DNA of 64,000 nt from Opitutaceae bacterium (lineage in GTDB: Bacteria; Verrucomicrobiota; Verrucomicrobiia; Opitutales; Coraliomargaritaceae): positions 32,001 to 96,000 of the forward strand of contig JBPOFY010000010.1 in NCBI GenBank assembly GCA_051252375.1, written 5' to 3'. Positions 20,101-28,359 of this stretch are shown in pieces; the first letter of the stretch is position 1, and each line of letters begins with the position of its first letter. The translations under genes were made by a program, and so were the position numbers. Under the pieces are notes generated by a model. It saw nothing but the letters and a program-made list of their open reading frames with translations, was not told where the DNA came from and made no database searches.

Positions 20101-20912
20101 GACTGCTCATCAAACGCTTAACAAACTCCAACCCATCGAGCGCTTATATTACTCGTGTCACGGAGGCTTGGCGTGGTGAAGGCACTTACGGCGATGGTGA
20201 GGTCGGAAACTTTGTCAGCATCATCAAGGCGATCTTGCTAGATCCGGAAGCGAGACTCGGAGTAAACTACGCAGTCGACGGAACGACCGGAACTGTCACA
20301 GCAACACCAACCCTCGCTACCGCCGGAAGAATCAAGGAGCCGATCATTAAATGGACTCAATTCTACCGTTTTGCTCAAGCACTGTCCGGAGAAGATGACG
20401 GCCTCATCAGAGTTGAACCAAAAACAAAACGGGCTGCAAATGACCAGACCCCGGATTTTGGTCAAATTCCTATGAGGGCACCTTCAGTCTTCAATTACTA
20501 CGATTCGGACTACTCCCCAGCAGTCGGAGATCTAGCCGTAGCGGAAGTAACCTACGGTCTGCATCTAACATCTCCGGAATCAGAGATTTTGACTCCTTAC
20601 GTCATCAATCAGTTCGAGAGTTTCTACAGCATCGTGGATCAAGATGAACCTATAAGCTCCTTCGAGTATCTTGGCAGTGATGATATCTTCAGTATCGATT
20701 ATAGTTACCTTAGCTATCTCTACGGTAAAAACCAAGATGTCGGTGACTTCATCGATGACGTTAATTTGTGGCTATGTAATGGTCAAATTTCTCCCGACCT
20801 AAAAAGCGAGCTTGTGTCTATCGCGAATGCGAACGGAGGAGGCTCCAGAGAAAACTTCGCTAAAGTTTTATCCATCCTCTTTAACTCCTCCGACTTCAGT
20901 GTTACCTACTAA
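17166..20912 (+). CDS. DUF1800 family secreted protein with a duplicated N-terminal domain and acidic Ca-binding-like repeats
   Basis: QLRHRIAYSLSQVFV, PDENYAREVMQLF, RIKEP and APSVFNYY DUF1800 motifs; DLNNNGVSDIWE and DYDEDGISNIDE repeats; possible Calx-beta-like segment. Confidence 0.88.
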   Translation: MLLEIPIIKSIKAIITAIVFFALGSFDAYGAPLVQLSGDITPDSISPYLTASITGNTGSNPDNTSTVTGYWTSASVTTNSTSNGDIHNAITLTVSGLSETESILLSELSFDYLRMTLNGSIPILDLYIDTGDGYGDSVLTVNDDPASSNQTDSFSLPTIFSLKNGDSITFGFSFADRHGLEQRTHLIDNFVLSGTTYSAIDNLGIRFLELTGETTPFYTNGYLDVDITGNTGSNPTAVSAGFGYWTDASATPNNPSNTDIHNTFTFTATGLTGTESIDITAINFDLIRKQLNGSNAKMNIYLDTGDGYGDPIYLLTESPTTSPQTDIISFNTAITLMNGESVTFGFSFADIHGLDSRTHIIDNLKIYGTYDLDSGYPGVDLNNNGVSDIWEYRFNATGLVSNEITKHLDYDEDGISNIDEALAGTNPFDALSRFDLQIGRDETDALMLSMPTQLGKGYTIFGGNTLNPDIWGPEDVQMTGTGSEMNFTITPNGDSYFFNAVVADIDMDNDRVSRWEEEQLAGFADNDSTSGDDENMEDFDRIKNIIQAAYQSSISISTDRNVVHELENTSATVTFTRISSRPGDFLSLERAEAFQIIDTTKVASNAASLSDYILTDIHGTELPNGQFTIAAGESSVEVYLHPIADGIIESDEQLTFSVGVSNFNLWIADAETIAAADYIAISQAGHFLAQASMGGTPETISALANEIRDNGYLTACEAWIDNQLTLPRESTVTQDCYDTQLAFLEGNSVPSVNIQNFELVWWGKMIQTDEQLRHRIAYSLSQVFVTSSAFWANQERNNLWESYTSYYDSLVDNAYSTHRDLLQSISYDPFMGVYLSSAQNRKEDVSLGTFPDENYAREVMQLFSCGVYSQGQDGEYLLDTNSDRIENYDNDDIKELAQVFTGLGLASSEGVADNFNSPKSGLGTRYQYPMVMVDSYHDTSSKILLDGTVLTAGQSGSQDISDALDRLAVHPSTAPHLSRLLIKRLTNSNPSSAYITRVTEAWRGEGTYGDGEVGNFVSIIKAILLDPEARLGVNYAVDGTTGTVTATPTLATAGRIKEPIIKWTQFYRFAQALSGEDDGLIRVEPKTKRAANDQTPDFGQIPMRAPSVFNYYDSDYSPAVGDLAVAEVTYGLHLTSPESEILTPYVINQFESFYSIVDQDEPISSFEYLGSDDIFSIDYSYLSYLYGKNQDVGDFIDDVNLWLCNGQISPDLKSELVSIANANGGGSRENFAKVLSILFNSSDFSVTY

Positions 20913-20943
20913 TCCATAGGCCCAACTTAGCACAATTCCCCCA

Positions 20944-22341
20944 ATGAAAAAATCATCACGAAACTTCATGACTCGCCGTAGTTTCCTCGCTGACTGCGGG
21001 AAGATGACAGGAATCGGGGCGATGTCCTCAATACTGTCACTGAAGATGACAAACAAACTCTTCGCAGCGCGAACACCCGGCTCGATCACCGACTACAAGG
21101 GACTCGTATGTATTTTCCTGTTTGGTGGCAATGACTCCTACAACATGCTTGCGCCAGGTGTCAGCGGATATTCCGACTATTTAGATACACGCGGGGTGCT
21201 CGGCATCCCCCTAGAAGATACTCACCAAATAATTGATGCCTCTCAAGACTACCACTTAAACAATAGCCTAGCTGGACTCAAAACGCTCTTTGATAATAAT
21301 GACTTAAGTTTTCTCACCAATGTTGGCACACTCGTTCAGCCCACGACTCTAGCTGAATATAATTCAGGCAGCTCCCCGTTGCCCTACGGGCGTTTTTCAC
21401 ACAACGATCAACTAGAACAGTGGCAGACTTCCATTTCCAGCAGCAAGACCGGCCCCTTTGCAGGAACTGGCTGGGGCGGTCGAATGATCGATATTCTTAA
21501 TGATGCGGCGAACAACAATGCCACAACCAGCGTAAGCCTTGCCCCTTATGGCGCGAACACTTACCAAGTCGGTCAAGTCACCGCTCCTTTCAATACCAGA
21601 GGAGGCGTCGACTCATTAGACCTCTACAATACAGACAGCTTGGTGAAACTCGGAATCGATGCCACTCTAGAAACACAATACGCCTCCGTATTGCAGGCGC
21701 ATCATAACTACATCAGAGAAGATGCCTTAGCGCAGAGTGAACTCTTGGAACAGATCGAGCAGAATACAGTGATCAACACCGTGTTCCCTGAGAGCAGCCT
21801 AGGACAACAGCTCCTCCAAGTTGCCAAGTATATCAAAGCCCAAGGAATCAGTGGCTTGAACGCGAACCGACAAACCTTCTTTGCGGGCCAAACTGGCTTC
21901 GACACGCATGGAGGTGGGATCGACGCTCACAACAATCTGATGACCACGCTGAACGATGCACTCGTCGCCTTTAATGCCGCCCTCGTAGAGATCGGCTACC
22001 ATGATCGCGTCGTGACTTATACAGCGTCAGACTTTGGTCGTTCTCTGACACCGAATAGCGTCGGATCTGACCACGGTTGGGGCGGCAATCAGATAGTGAT
22101 GGGCGGTCCGGTGCAAGGAGGGAAAGTCTTCGGGACCTATCCGGACATCGCCTTAAACACGACCACGGATGTTGGTCGAGGCAGACAGCTCCCCACCACA
22201 TCGGTCGATGAATTACACGCCTCCCTCGCCTATTGGTTCGGAGTCGAAAATAACAGTGAAATGGAAACGGTCGTTCCGAACATTCGAAACTTCTGGACCT
22301 CGGGTTCTACAGACATCCCGATCACAGGTCTCTTCAGTTGA
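20944..22341 (+). CDS. DUF1501 family protein (Tat-exported, DUF1800-associated type)
   Basis: TRRSFL Tat motif; LVCIFLFGGNDSYN, FSHNDQ, GFDTH, SDFGRSL, GSDHGWG. Confidence 0.9.
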   Translation: MKKSSRNFMTRRSFLADCGKMTGIGAMSSILSLKMTNKLFAARTPGSITDYKGLVCIFLFGGNDSYNMLAPGVSGYSDYLDTRGVLGIPLEDTHQIIDASQDYHLNNSLAGLKTLFDNNDLSFLTNVGTLVQPTTLAEYNSGSSPLPYGRFSHNDQLEQWQTSISSSKTGPFAGTGWGGRMIDILNDAANNNATTSVSLAPYGANTYQVGQVTAPFNTRGGVDSLDLYNTDSLVKLGIDATLETQYASVLQAHHNYIREDALAQSELLEQIEQNTVINTVFPESSLGQQLLQVAKYIKAQGISGLNANRQTFFAGQTGFDTHGGGIDAHNNLMTTLNDALVAFNAALVEIGYHDRVVTYTASDFGRSLTPNSVGSDHGWGGNQIVMGGPVQGGKVFGTYPDIALNTTTDVGRGRQLPTTSVDELHASLAYWFGVENNSEMETVVPNIRNFWTSGSTDIPITGLFS

Positions 22342-22922
22342 TACCTATGAATTATCGAAAAATAGCGCTGTTTGGCAGCTTAGTCATACTAGGCATTGCA
22401 GGCGTCATTCTTTACACAAACTCTAGACCTCAATTAGAACAGAAGAGTGCTCACTCAACGGAGACACAGCAGGAAAAAATTGTCCGAATGGAGCAAGTCA
22501 ATGCGGAGGTTAGCCGATCACTTCGCTTCAACCAGACAGAAGCGAAACTTCAGAATAATCCCCTCGATCGCTCGGAGCTCTCTGAAATGGCCCTTGCATT
22601 AGACGATCCTGACATCGAAGAACTAGAAGCAAAGATCGCGATTCATTCACTACTTAGTTCCATGAGGACGACTGTTTACCGCGGCGACTATCCCGCGGGT
22701 TTAAATGTCGAAATCACCAACGCCCTCTTAGGTGACAACCCAAGGAAAGTCGGCTATCTCCCCATGGATTCTCCGCGAATTAACGACTACGGAGAACTCG
22801 TCGATGAATACGGCAGCCCCTATTGGTTTCATAGTATCCATTCAGCTGACCTCACAATCACCTCCGCAGGACCAGACAAGCTCTTACACACAGCGGATGA
22901 CATTACATACCCTCAGGACTAG
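22338..22922 (+). CDS. Membrane-anchored protein with a C-terminal T2SS pseudopilin (GspG)-like motif
   Basis: N-terminal transmembrane helix; C-terminal DEYGSPY...SAGPDKLLHTADDI. The start may be ATG 22347. Confidence 0.65.
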   Translation: MIPMNYRKIALFGSLVILGIAGVILYTNSRPQLEQKSAHSTETQQEKIVRMEQVNAEVSRSLRFNQTEAKLQNNPLDRSELSEMALALDDPDIEELEAKIAIHSLLSSMRTTVYRGDYPAGLNVEITNALLGDNPRKVGYLPMDSPRINDYGELVDEYGSPYWFHSIHSADLTITSAGPDKLLHTADDITYPQD

Positions 22923-22955
22923 CCATAACGAGCAGCACACGCCATCCTTCAAACA

Positions 22956-23540
22956 ATGAAATTCGCGCAACTGACTTTCCTACTCCTAGTGGTCTCTCAT
23001 GCAAATGGGAACATCATCTATTCGGAAGCACTGTCAGGAGATCTCAGCCATCTCATTTCATCCCCGACTTCAATTGGAGAATTGAATACCGGCCAGAACA
23101 GTATCATCGGAACCATCAATGAAGGAGGTTCGTTCGATCCAGATGTATTTACCTTCTCGGTTGCCGCAAACCATATTCTCACCTCGCTGGTTTTCACACT
23201 CGATAGCAACACGGAGAATCACTTTTTGGCGATGTCAGATGAAACCACCTTAGATGCGGTTGCTGAGTATCTCTTATTTGCCTCTCTCGTCACAAACGCA
23301 CAAAACGGAACCAATCTCCTCATGACCGAATCAGATGGAGGGAACCAATCTGGCTCAGGATACAGCCTACCGCTGACTTCAGGAAACTACAGTCTCTGGT
23401 TTCAGGAAACCAGTAATTCGACTATTGATTACACCTTCACCTTCACCACTGCAGTCGTCCCAGAACCCGCCAACAGCGCCCTGCTGCTCTCCTGTCTATC
23501 CAGTGTTTCGATATTACTCTTCAGGAGACAACGGCACTAA
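22956..23540 (+). CDS. PEP-CTERM sorting-domain surface protein
   Basis: Signal peptide; VPEPANSALLLSCLSSVSILLFRRQRH. Confidence 0.88.
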   Translation: MKFAQLTFLLLVVSHANGNIIYSEALSGDLSHLISSPTSIGELNTGQNSIIGTINEGGSFDPDVFTFSVAANHILTSLVFTLDSNTENHFLAMSDETTLDAVAEYLLFASLVTNAQNGTNLLMTESDGGNQSGSGYSLPLTSGNYSLWFQETSNSTIDYTFTFTTAVVPEPANSALLLSCLSSVSILLFRRQRH

Positions 23541-23611
23541 AATATTTACGAATAAAGGTCCGCGAAAAAGTGAATTTTACTTCAGAGTATTCTACATTGA
23601 AGCAGACGTTG

Positions 23612-23682
23612 GGTAGGGTTCGATATCCTTATCGAACCGCGGCTTCACGGTGCTCGGCGCGTTAAGGATAACACGCCCTACC
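23612..23682. repeat. Inverted pair of GTAG-type REP-like palindromes with ATCCTT loop
   Basis: GGTAG-GGTTCGAT-ATCCTT-ATCGAACC and, on the reverse complement, GGTAG-GGCGTGTT-ATCCTT-AACGCGCC; lies between convergent genes. Confidence 0.78.
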
Positions 23683-23715
23683 ATCTCGAATACGTCAATA
23701 TGGTTGCAGGTTCCT

Positions 23716-26700
23716 CTAAGATAAAATCACTTGCAGACGCTGACCACGGTTGATCGTAACGTCCGTATTGAACTTCAATGTATAAGCGTTTGCATCAGAG
23801 ATGAAATCTGCGCTGACAGGCTTTCCATCCAATTCGACCTTCGCACCGGAAACTAAAACACCGCTCACTTTATCAAGCGATAGTTCCTTAAGCTGCAGTC
23901 GTCCGTAGCCCAACTGGATGCCAGCAACATGCTGACCGGAAGCAACCTTCTGACTGAAACGACCCCAACCTTCAGCGGTCGTAAACGCAGCACGGAAATC
24001 TTCTGGCGAGAGACGCGGACCAAAAGCCAACTTGCCCTCAGGTCCATCATAGCGGTATCCGCATGCCGCAATGTAGGCACCATAGCTAGCCATGGCACGT
24101 GAGTAGTGATCGGAGCATTCAATCTCGTTATAAGGATTTCGTTTATCTGGAGTGTAACGATCGTAGATCGCTTTACCGATAGCTAAGCCTTCTTCCAGCA
24201 TACCTTCCCAGATCATGTGCGCGGCGACCTGCCATTCGAATCCGGTCATGCACTCGTTGAGATAACCTGCGTAGCTTGGCTTACCGCTCTTCGGTTCAAT
24301 CTTTCCATTCGGAAAACTGCACATCACCAGACCGGCGTCGCCTGCGGCGGCATACCAGCGGCCATTCGTCATGGCTTTGCGGAACGCACCCACATCCGGC
24401 GTGAAATTATATTTCCAAAGCGCTTGTAGCGACTTCTTGATTTTATCTTTCGGCAAGATCGGATCTATGCCGACATTTGGCAGCCAGGAATCACCAAGTA
24501 TTTGGTCAATGTGACAGCCATTGGTGGAACCGTGCATTTGCGTTTCGTCATCAGGAGCCTTATGAATAAAGTAACCGAATTCTTCGTTCCACAATAGGTC
24601 GACCATAGCAGACGCACCCTTTTTGACGATGCCTTCATAGCGCTCAGCCACAGCAGGCTGTTTCATCTGACGAGCCATCACTGCAGAGGCTTTGAGAGAT
24701 GCATGATAAAGATTAATCAACCAATGCACCTGACCATACCACGGTTCATCCAGTGTGTTATGCTGCGCACCGGCTAACATCCCGTCTTCATCCCGATCCC
24801 ATTTTTGGATCACATGATCCATGGAGAGTTTCACTCGATCCCAAATGCTTTCGAGAAAGCTGTAGTCGGTCGTCATCTGACTTTCACGCAGCACGCGCAA
24901 AATTGTCCCGCAGTTGCCATCGATCGCATCACCAAAGCGCACAGCAAAGTGACGGTGGCGGATACTTCCATTTTTTGGATCAAAGCCGCGGTCATATTCG
25001 ACTTTGTCGCGACACTCGCGCTCGATCTCAGGGAAAATACGCGCCAGCCCTTGAGCATAGTGCCAGACGTGCGTGCAGTTACCAGGGCAACATTTTACGC
25101 CTTCGTCGAAATCATAAAAGTTATCTCCCTCTCCAACCGCTAAACGCTGACCCATTTGAGTTTGCACACAATCCAGAGTGAGGAATGTGCGTTCTAGAAA
25201 CCAGTGCGGTAGCGTGGAGTCATACCAAGTGTCGACCCAATTTTGTGTCGCGCGATGCAGCTCAGTCTCTTTCTGGGCTACTGTTGCTGCGGCAGACGCA
25301 GCGTTTGGCCAAAGCGTGGCGTAATGATTCTTGGCCAGACTACCGGCTATGCGACCGAAACGCTTGCTATAGACAACATTGGGGAAACGCCACGACAAGG
25401 TAAAGGCGACCGTTTTTGACTCGCCAGGTTTCAAGGCGAGTTTGCTTCCAAGAGAAGCATAAGCGGGTTCGTTCATCGCACGCGAATGAGACGCCCCACT
25501 TTCCGGCACATCACCCGATTGAAAAATATCCGCATGCCCTGGAACGCTTCGAGCAAGATCAACCATGGTTGGACTTTCGTCACCCAACAGTCCAAGTGCA
25601 ATCGCTCCGTAATCGGCGGCAAGCTTTAGCTTTGAAGATTCATTCGAACCACCTGGATGACTTGAAAACTCAATTTGATCGACCTCGATGTGTCCCCAAC
25701 CACCGCTAGCTTGATCGTTGATTTCGATGTGCGCCTTTTTGCCAGTAAAAGATTCCACGTCCCAGGTCGCCCATTCCATATTATCAGAGTCCTTCCCGGT
25801 CGTCGATCGCACCAGTTTGCCATCAATCCACAGGCTGACGGTGAGCTCTTCCTTATCGTTTCCACCACCCATTAAGAAATTGATGTATGGCTTGTTAATG
25901 TTAAAGGTCGGTGAAGTTAATTTACCAGTCGGCTTGTCACTTCTAGCGTAAGAATTGGCGACGCTCTTTCCGCGGACACCCGTCAACTTCTGGCCACCGC
26001 TTTTACCAGAAGGGCGATTGCCGAAAGCAGTGCCCTCGACTTTCCATCCCTTATAATTTTTGCCTTCAAAATCTGCGAATACTTCGACGTCGGCATCCGA
26101 GCGACCATCCCCAAAACTGGTAGAGCACTCAACTGACGAAATGCCCTCAAGTTGTCGATACGCGGCAAGCTTGTTGCCAGTAGCACCCTTCCTAGATTTT
26201 GCATTCGAGATATTCTCGATCCATCCCGCCACATCAACTTCTTGATCGGTCGAGCTTGAATTCGAAACCTTGTATCGCATGACGATCACAGGGTAGCTGG
26301 AATCATCACGATTGAGGGGAATAAATGGCGTGTAGGCTTGGAGCTGAACATCTACCGGACAGTTCGAATCGGAATAGTCGACCGTCGCCATTGGGTATTG
26401 ATTCGTAAAAGTGACATTAGAGAAACCTTTTGAATCAAGCGTGTAGGCTTTTCCACTCACCTGCAGCGCGAAGCCTTGGCTCATAGGAGAATGCGCAACA
26501 TCAGGCTTAAGATAGCGTGGTCCTTTACCTGTATTCTTCGCATCAAAAGCTCCATCCAAATTCCAATGCCAGAGCTGCCCATCACCACCGAGATAAACCT
26601 GCCCGGTGCAGATACCATTAATCGGCATACCGATGTATTTCAGATCTGCACCTGTAGCCGTGAGCGCCTGCCCACGCGCAAAAAGACTTTTGACCCAATC

Positions 26701-26901
26701 GGCACTCAGCTTCTTGTCGGCGGGTATAATCTTATCAAAGTCCGCGGCGGAGAATGGGCCCGCCATGACATTGATGCGACTCGCCATGAGCATCGCGGCA
26801 GTGAGACCACCTGCTCGAAGGAAATCGCGTCGGCCTAATTTTAATTGCCCATAGTCGTCAGTTGAAGTGCTGTTTGTTCTCATTTGATTATGCTCTGACA
26901 T
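23716..26901 (-). CDS. GH116-family glycoside hydrolase, Tat-exported, with an inserted beta-sandwich domain
   Basis: GRRDFLR Tat motif; GMPINGICTG, YTPFIP, DEGVKCCPGNCTHVWHYA, QHNTLD, NECMTGFEW, NPYNEIECSDHYSRAMAS. Confidence 0.88.
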   Translation of the reverse strand: MSEHNQMRTNSTSTDDYGQLKLGRRDFLRAGGLTAAMLMASRINVMAGPFSAADFDKIIPADKKLSADWVKSLFARGQALTATGADLKYIGMPINGICTGQVYLGGDGQLWHWNLDGAFDAKNTGKGPRYLKPDVAHSPMSQGFALQVSGKAYTLDSKGFSNVTFTNQYPMATVDYSDSNCPVDVQLQAYTPFIPLNRDDSSYPVIVMRYKVSNSSSTDQEVDVAGWIENISNAKSRKGATGNKLAAYRQLEGISSVECSTSFGDGRSDADVEVFADFEGKNYKGWKVEGTAFGNRPSGKSGGQKLTGVRGKSVANSYARSDKPTGKLTSPTFNINKPYINFLMGGGNDKEELTVSLWIDGKLVRSTTGKDSDNMEWATWDVESFTGKKAHIEINDQASGGWGHIEVDQIEFSSHPGGSNESSKLKLAADYGAIALGLLGDESPTMVDLARSVPGHADIFQSGDVPESGASHSRAMNEPAYASLGSKLALKPGESKTVAFTLSWRFPNVVYSKRFGRIAGSLAKNHYATLWPNAASAAATVAQKETELHRATQNWVDTWYDSTLPHWFLERTFLTLDCVQTQMGQRLAVGEGDNFYDFDEGVKCCPGNCTHVWHYAQGLARIFPEIERECRDKVEYDRGFDPKNGSIRHRHFAVRFGDAIDGNCGTILRVLRESQMTTDYSFLESIWDRVKLSMDHVIQKWDRDEDGMLAGAQHNTLDEPWYGQVHWLINLYHASLKASAVMARQMKQPAVAERYEGIVKKGASAMVDLLWNEEFGYFIHKAPDDETQMHGSTNGCHIDQILGDSWLPNVGIDPILPKDKIKKSLQALWKYNFTPDVGAFRKAMTNGRWYAAAGDAGLVMCSFPNGKIEPKSGKPSYAGYLNECMTGFEWQVAAHMIWEGMLEEGLAIGKAIYDRYTPDKRNPYNEIECSDHYSRAMASYGAYIAACGYRYDGPEGKLAFGPRLSPEDFRAAFTTAEGWGRFSQKVASGQHVAGIQLGYGRLQLKELSLDKVSGVLVSGAKVELDGKPVSADFISDANAYTLKFNTDVTINRGQRLQVILS

Positions 26902-26916
26902 GAAATTAGTGGTTAG

Positions 26917-28296
26917 TTAAAGCTCTCGATTCGTTAGAGGTTTCGCATCGGACTTATGCCCTGCAGGGCGACTGTTCTTTGCTAGATCGGTCTCAAATGA
27001 GGCGGCGTAAGCTTCTAGTTGTTCTGCGATTTCAGGATGTGATTTTATGACGTTGATCTTTTCCCCAATATCTTCGTCCAAATTATATAAGGCAGACTTT
27101 TTACCTAAGTGTAACTTCCATTCCCCAGAACGAACCGCATTAAGTGTGTTGGCCTTAAAGTAGAAAAATGCCTCATGCGGTGTCATGGCTCCCTCGCTGA
27201 GAACCGGCAAGATATCTTTACCGTCAATAACACGGTCAGATGGAAGCTCCGCTCCGGCAAGCTTGGCGAATGTGGGCAAGAGATCCATTGCCGTCATTAA
27301 GGTGCTGTTTGACTGCCCAGCAGGAATACCAGCGGGCCAGCGAATAACAGTCGGCACGCGCTGCCCACCTTCAAAGACAGATCCTTTGCCGCCCTTAAGG
27401 GGTTTTGCTTTCCCTAGTTTGGGTCCGTTGTCCGAGGAAAAAATCACGATGGTATTTTCATCCACTCCGTTCACTTTTAAGGCATCAAGGATTTCGCCAA
27501 CCGACCAGTCAATTTCGCTAATGGCATGGTTGTAAATCTTATCTCGGGTTTTGTAATCAACGCCCTCCTCATTTTTCAATTTCGCTTGGATCGCGTCTGA
27601 GACGTCGACCATGAAAGGCGGTGACATGTGAATTGGTCGGTGCGGAACTGGATGCGGCACATAGAGGAAGAAAGGTTCATCTTTATGACGCTCGATAAAG
27701 TCTACCGCGCGTTCAGTAATTCGCTTCGTCAAATAATCCGCATCAGGCTCCTCTTCGATCACCGTCTCCATTTCCATCAGTGGCAGCGGAGGGAATTTAT
27801 ACTTCTTATCGTTTCCATGGAATGGATGGATGTCGTGACTGTATGGAAGCCCGAAAAACTCATCGAATCCCTGACGTGTGGGAAGAAACTCCAGCTGATC
27901 GCCCAAGTGCCATTTACCAAACATACCGGTAGCATAACCCGCTGACTTCAACACTTCAGCAATCGTTATTTCATCCGAATTCAAACCATTCTTATCACCA
28001 GCCAAGAAGACGCCTCCAGCTAAGCCGACACGTTTCGGATAACTACCTGTCATCAGTGCCGCACGTGATGGCGTGCACACATTTCCCGCAACATAAAAGC
28101 TAGTCAGCTTCGCCCCCTCCGCCGCCATCTGATCGATCCGAGGTGTCTTCACATGATCACCTCCAAAACAACCAAGATCTGCATACCCCTGATCATCAGT
28201 GAAGATGACCACAAAGTTTGGTTTAGTCGCAGCGTTGCACACAGACGTCAACAAGAGTGTCAGCAACAGGGCTTTGATTCTACAAACGATTTTCAT
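26917..28296 (-). CDS. Formylglycine-dependent (S1) sulfatase, secreted
   Basis: FTDDQG, CTPSRAALMTG, GKWHLG, SSDNG; signal peptide. Confidence 0.95.
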   Translation of the reverse strand: MKIVCRIKALLLTLLLTSVCNAATKPNFVVIFTDDQGYADLGCFGGDHVKTPRIDQMAAEGAKLTSFYVAGNVCTPSRAALMTGSYPKRVGLAGGVFLAGDKNGLNSDEITIAEVLKSAGYATGMFGKWHLGDQLEFLPTRQGFDEFFGLPYSHDIHPFHGNDKKYKFPPLPLMEMETVIEEEPDADYLTKRITERAVDFIERHKDEPFFLYVPHPVPHRPIHMSPPFMVDVSDAIQAKLKNEEGVDYKTRDKIYNHAISEIDWSVGEILDALKVNGVDENTIVIFSSDNGPKLGKAKPLKGGKGSVFEGGQRVPTVIRWPAGIPAGQSNSTLMTAMDLLPTFAKLAGAELPSDRVIDGKDILPVLSEGAMTPHEAFFYFKANTLNAVRSGEWKLHLGKKSALYNLDEDIGEKINVIKSHPEIAEQLEAYAASFETDLAKNSRPAGHKSDAKPLTNREL

Positions 28297-28359
28297 ATAT
28301 TAAGAATTACAGGCTGAAGAATGATTTCGAAGATGCCGAGTGTCGGACAACTTCACCTA

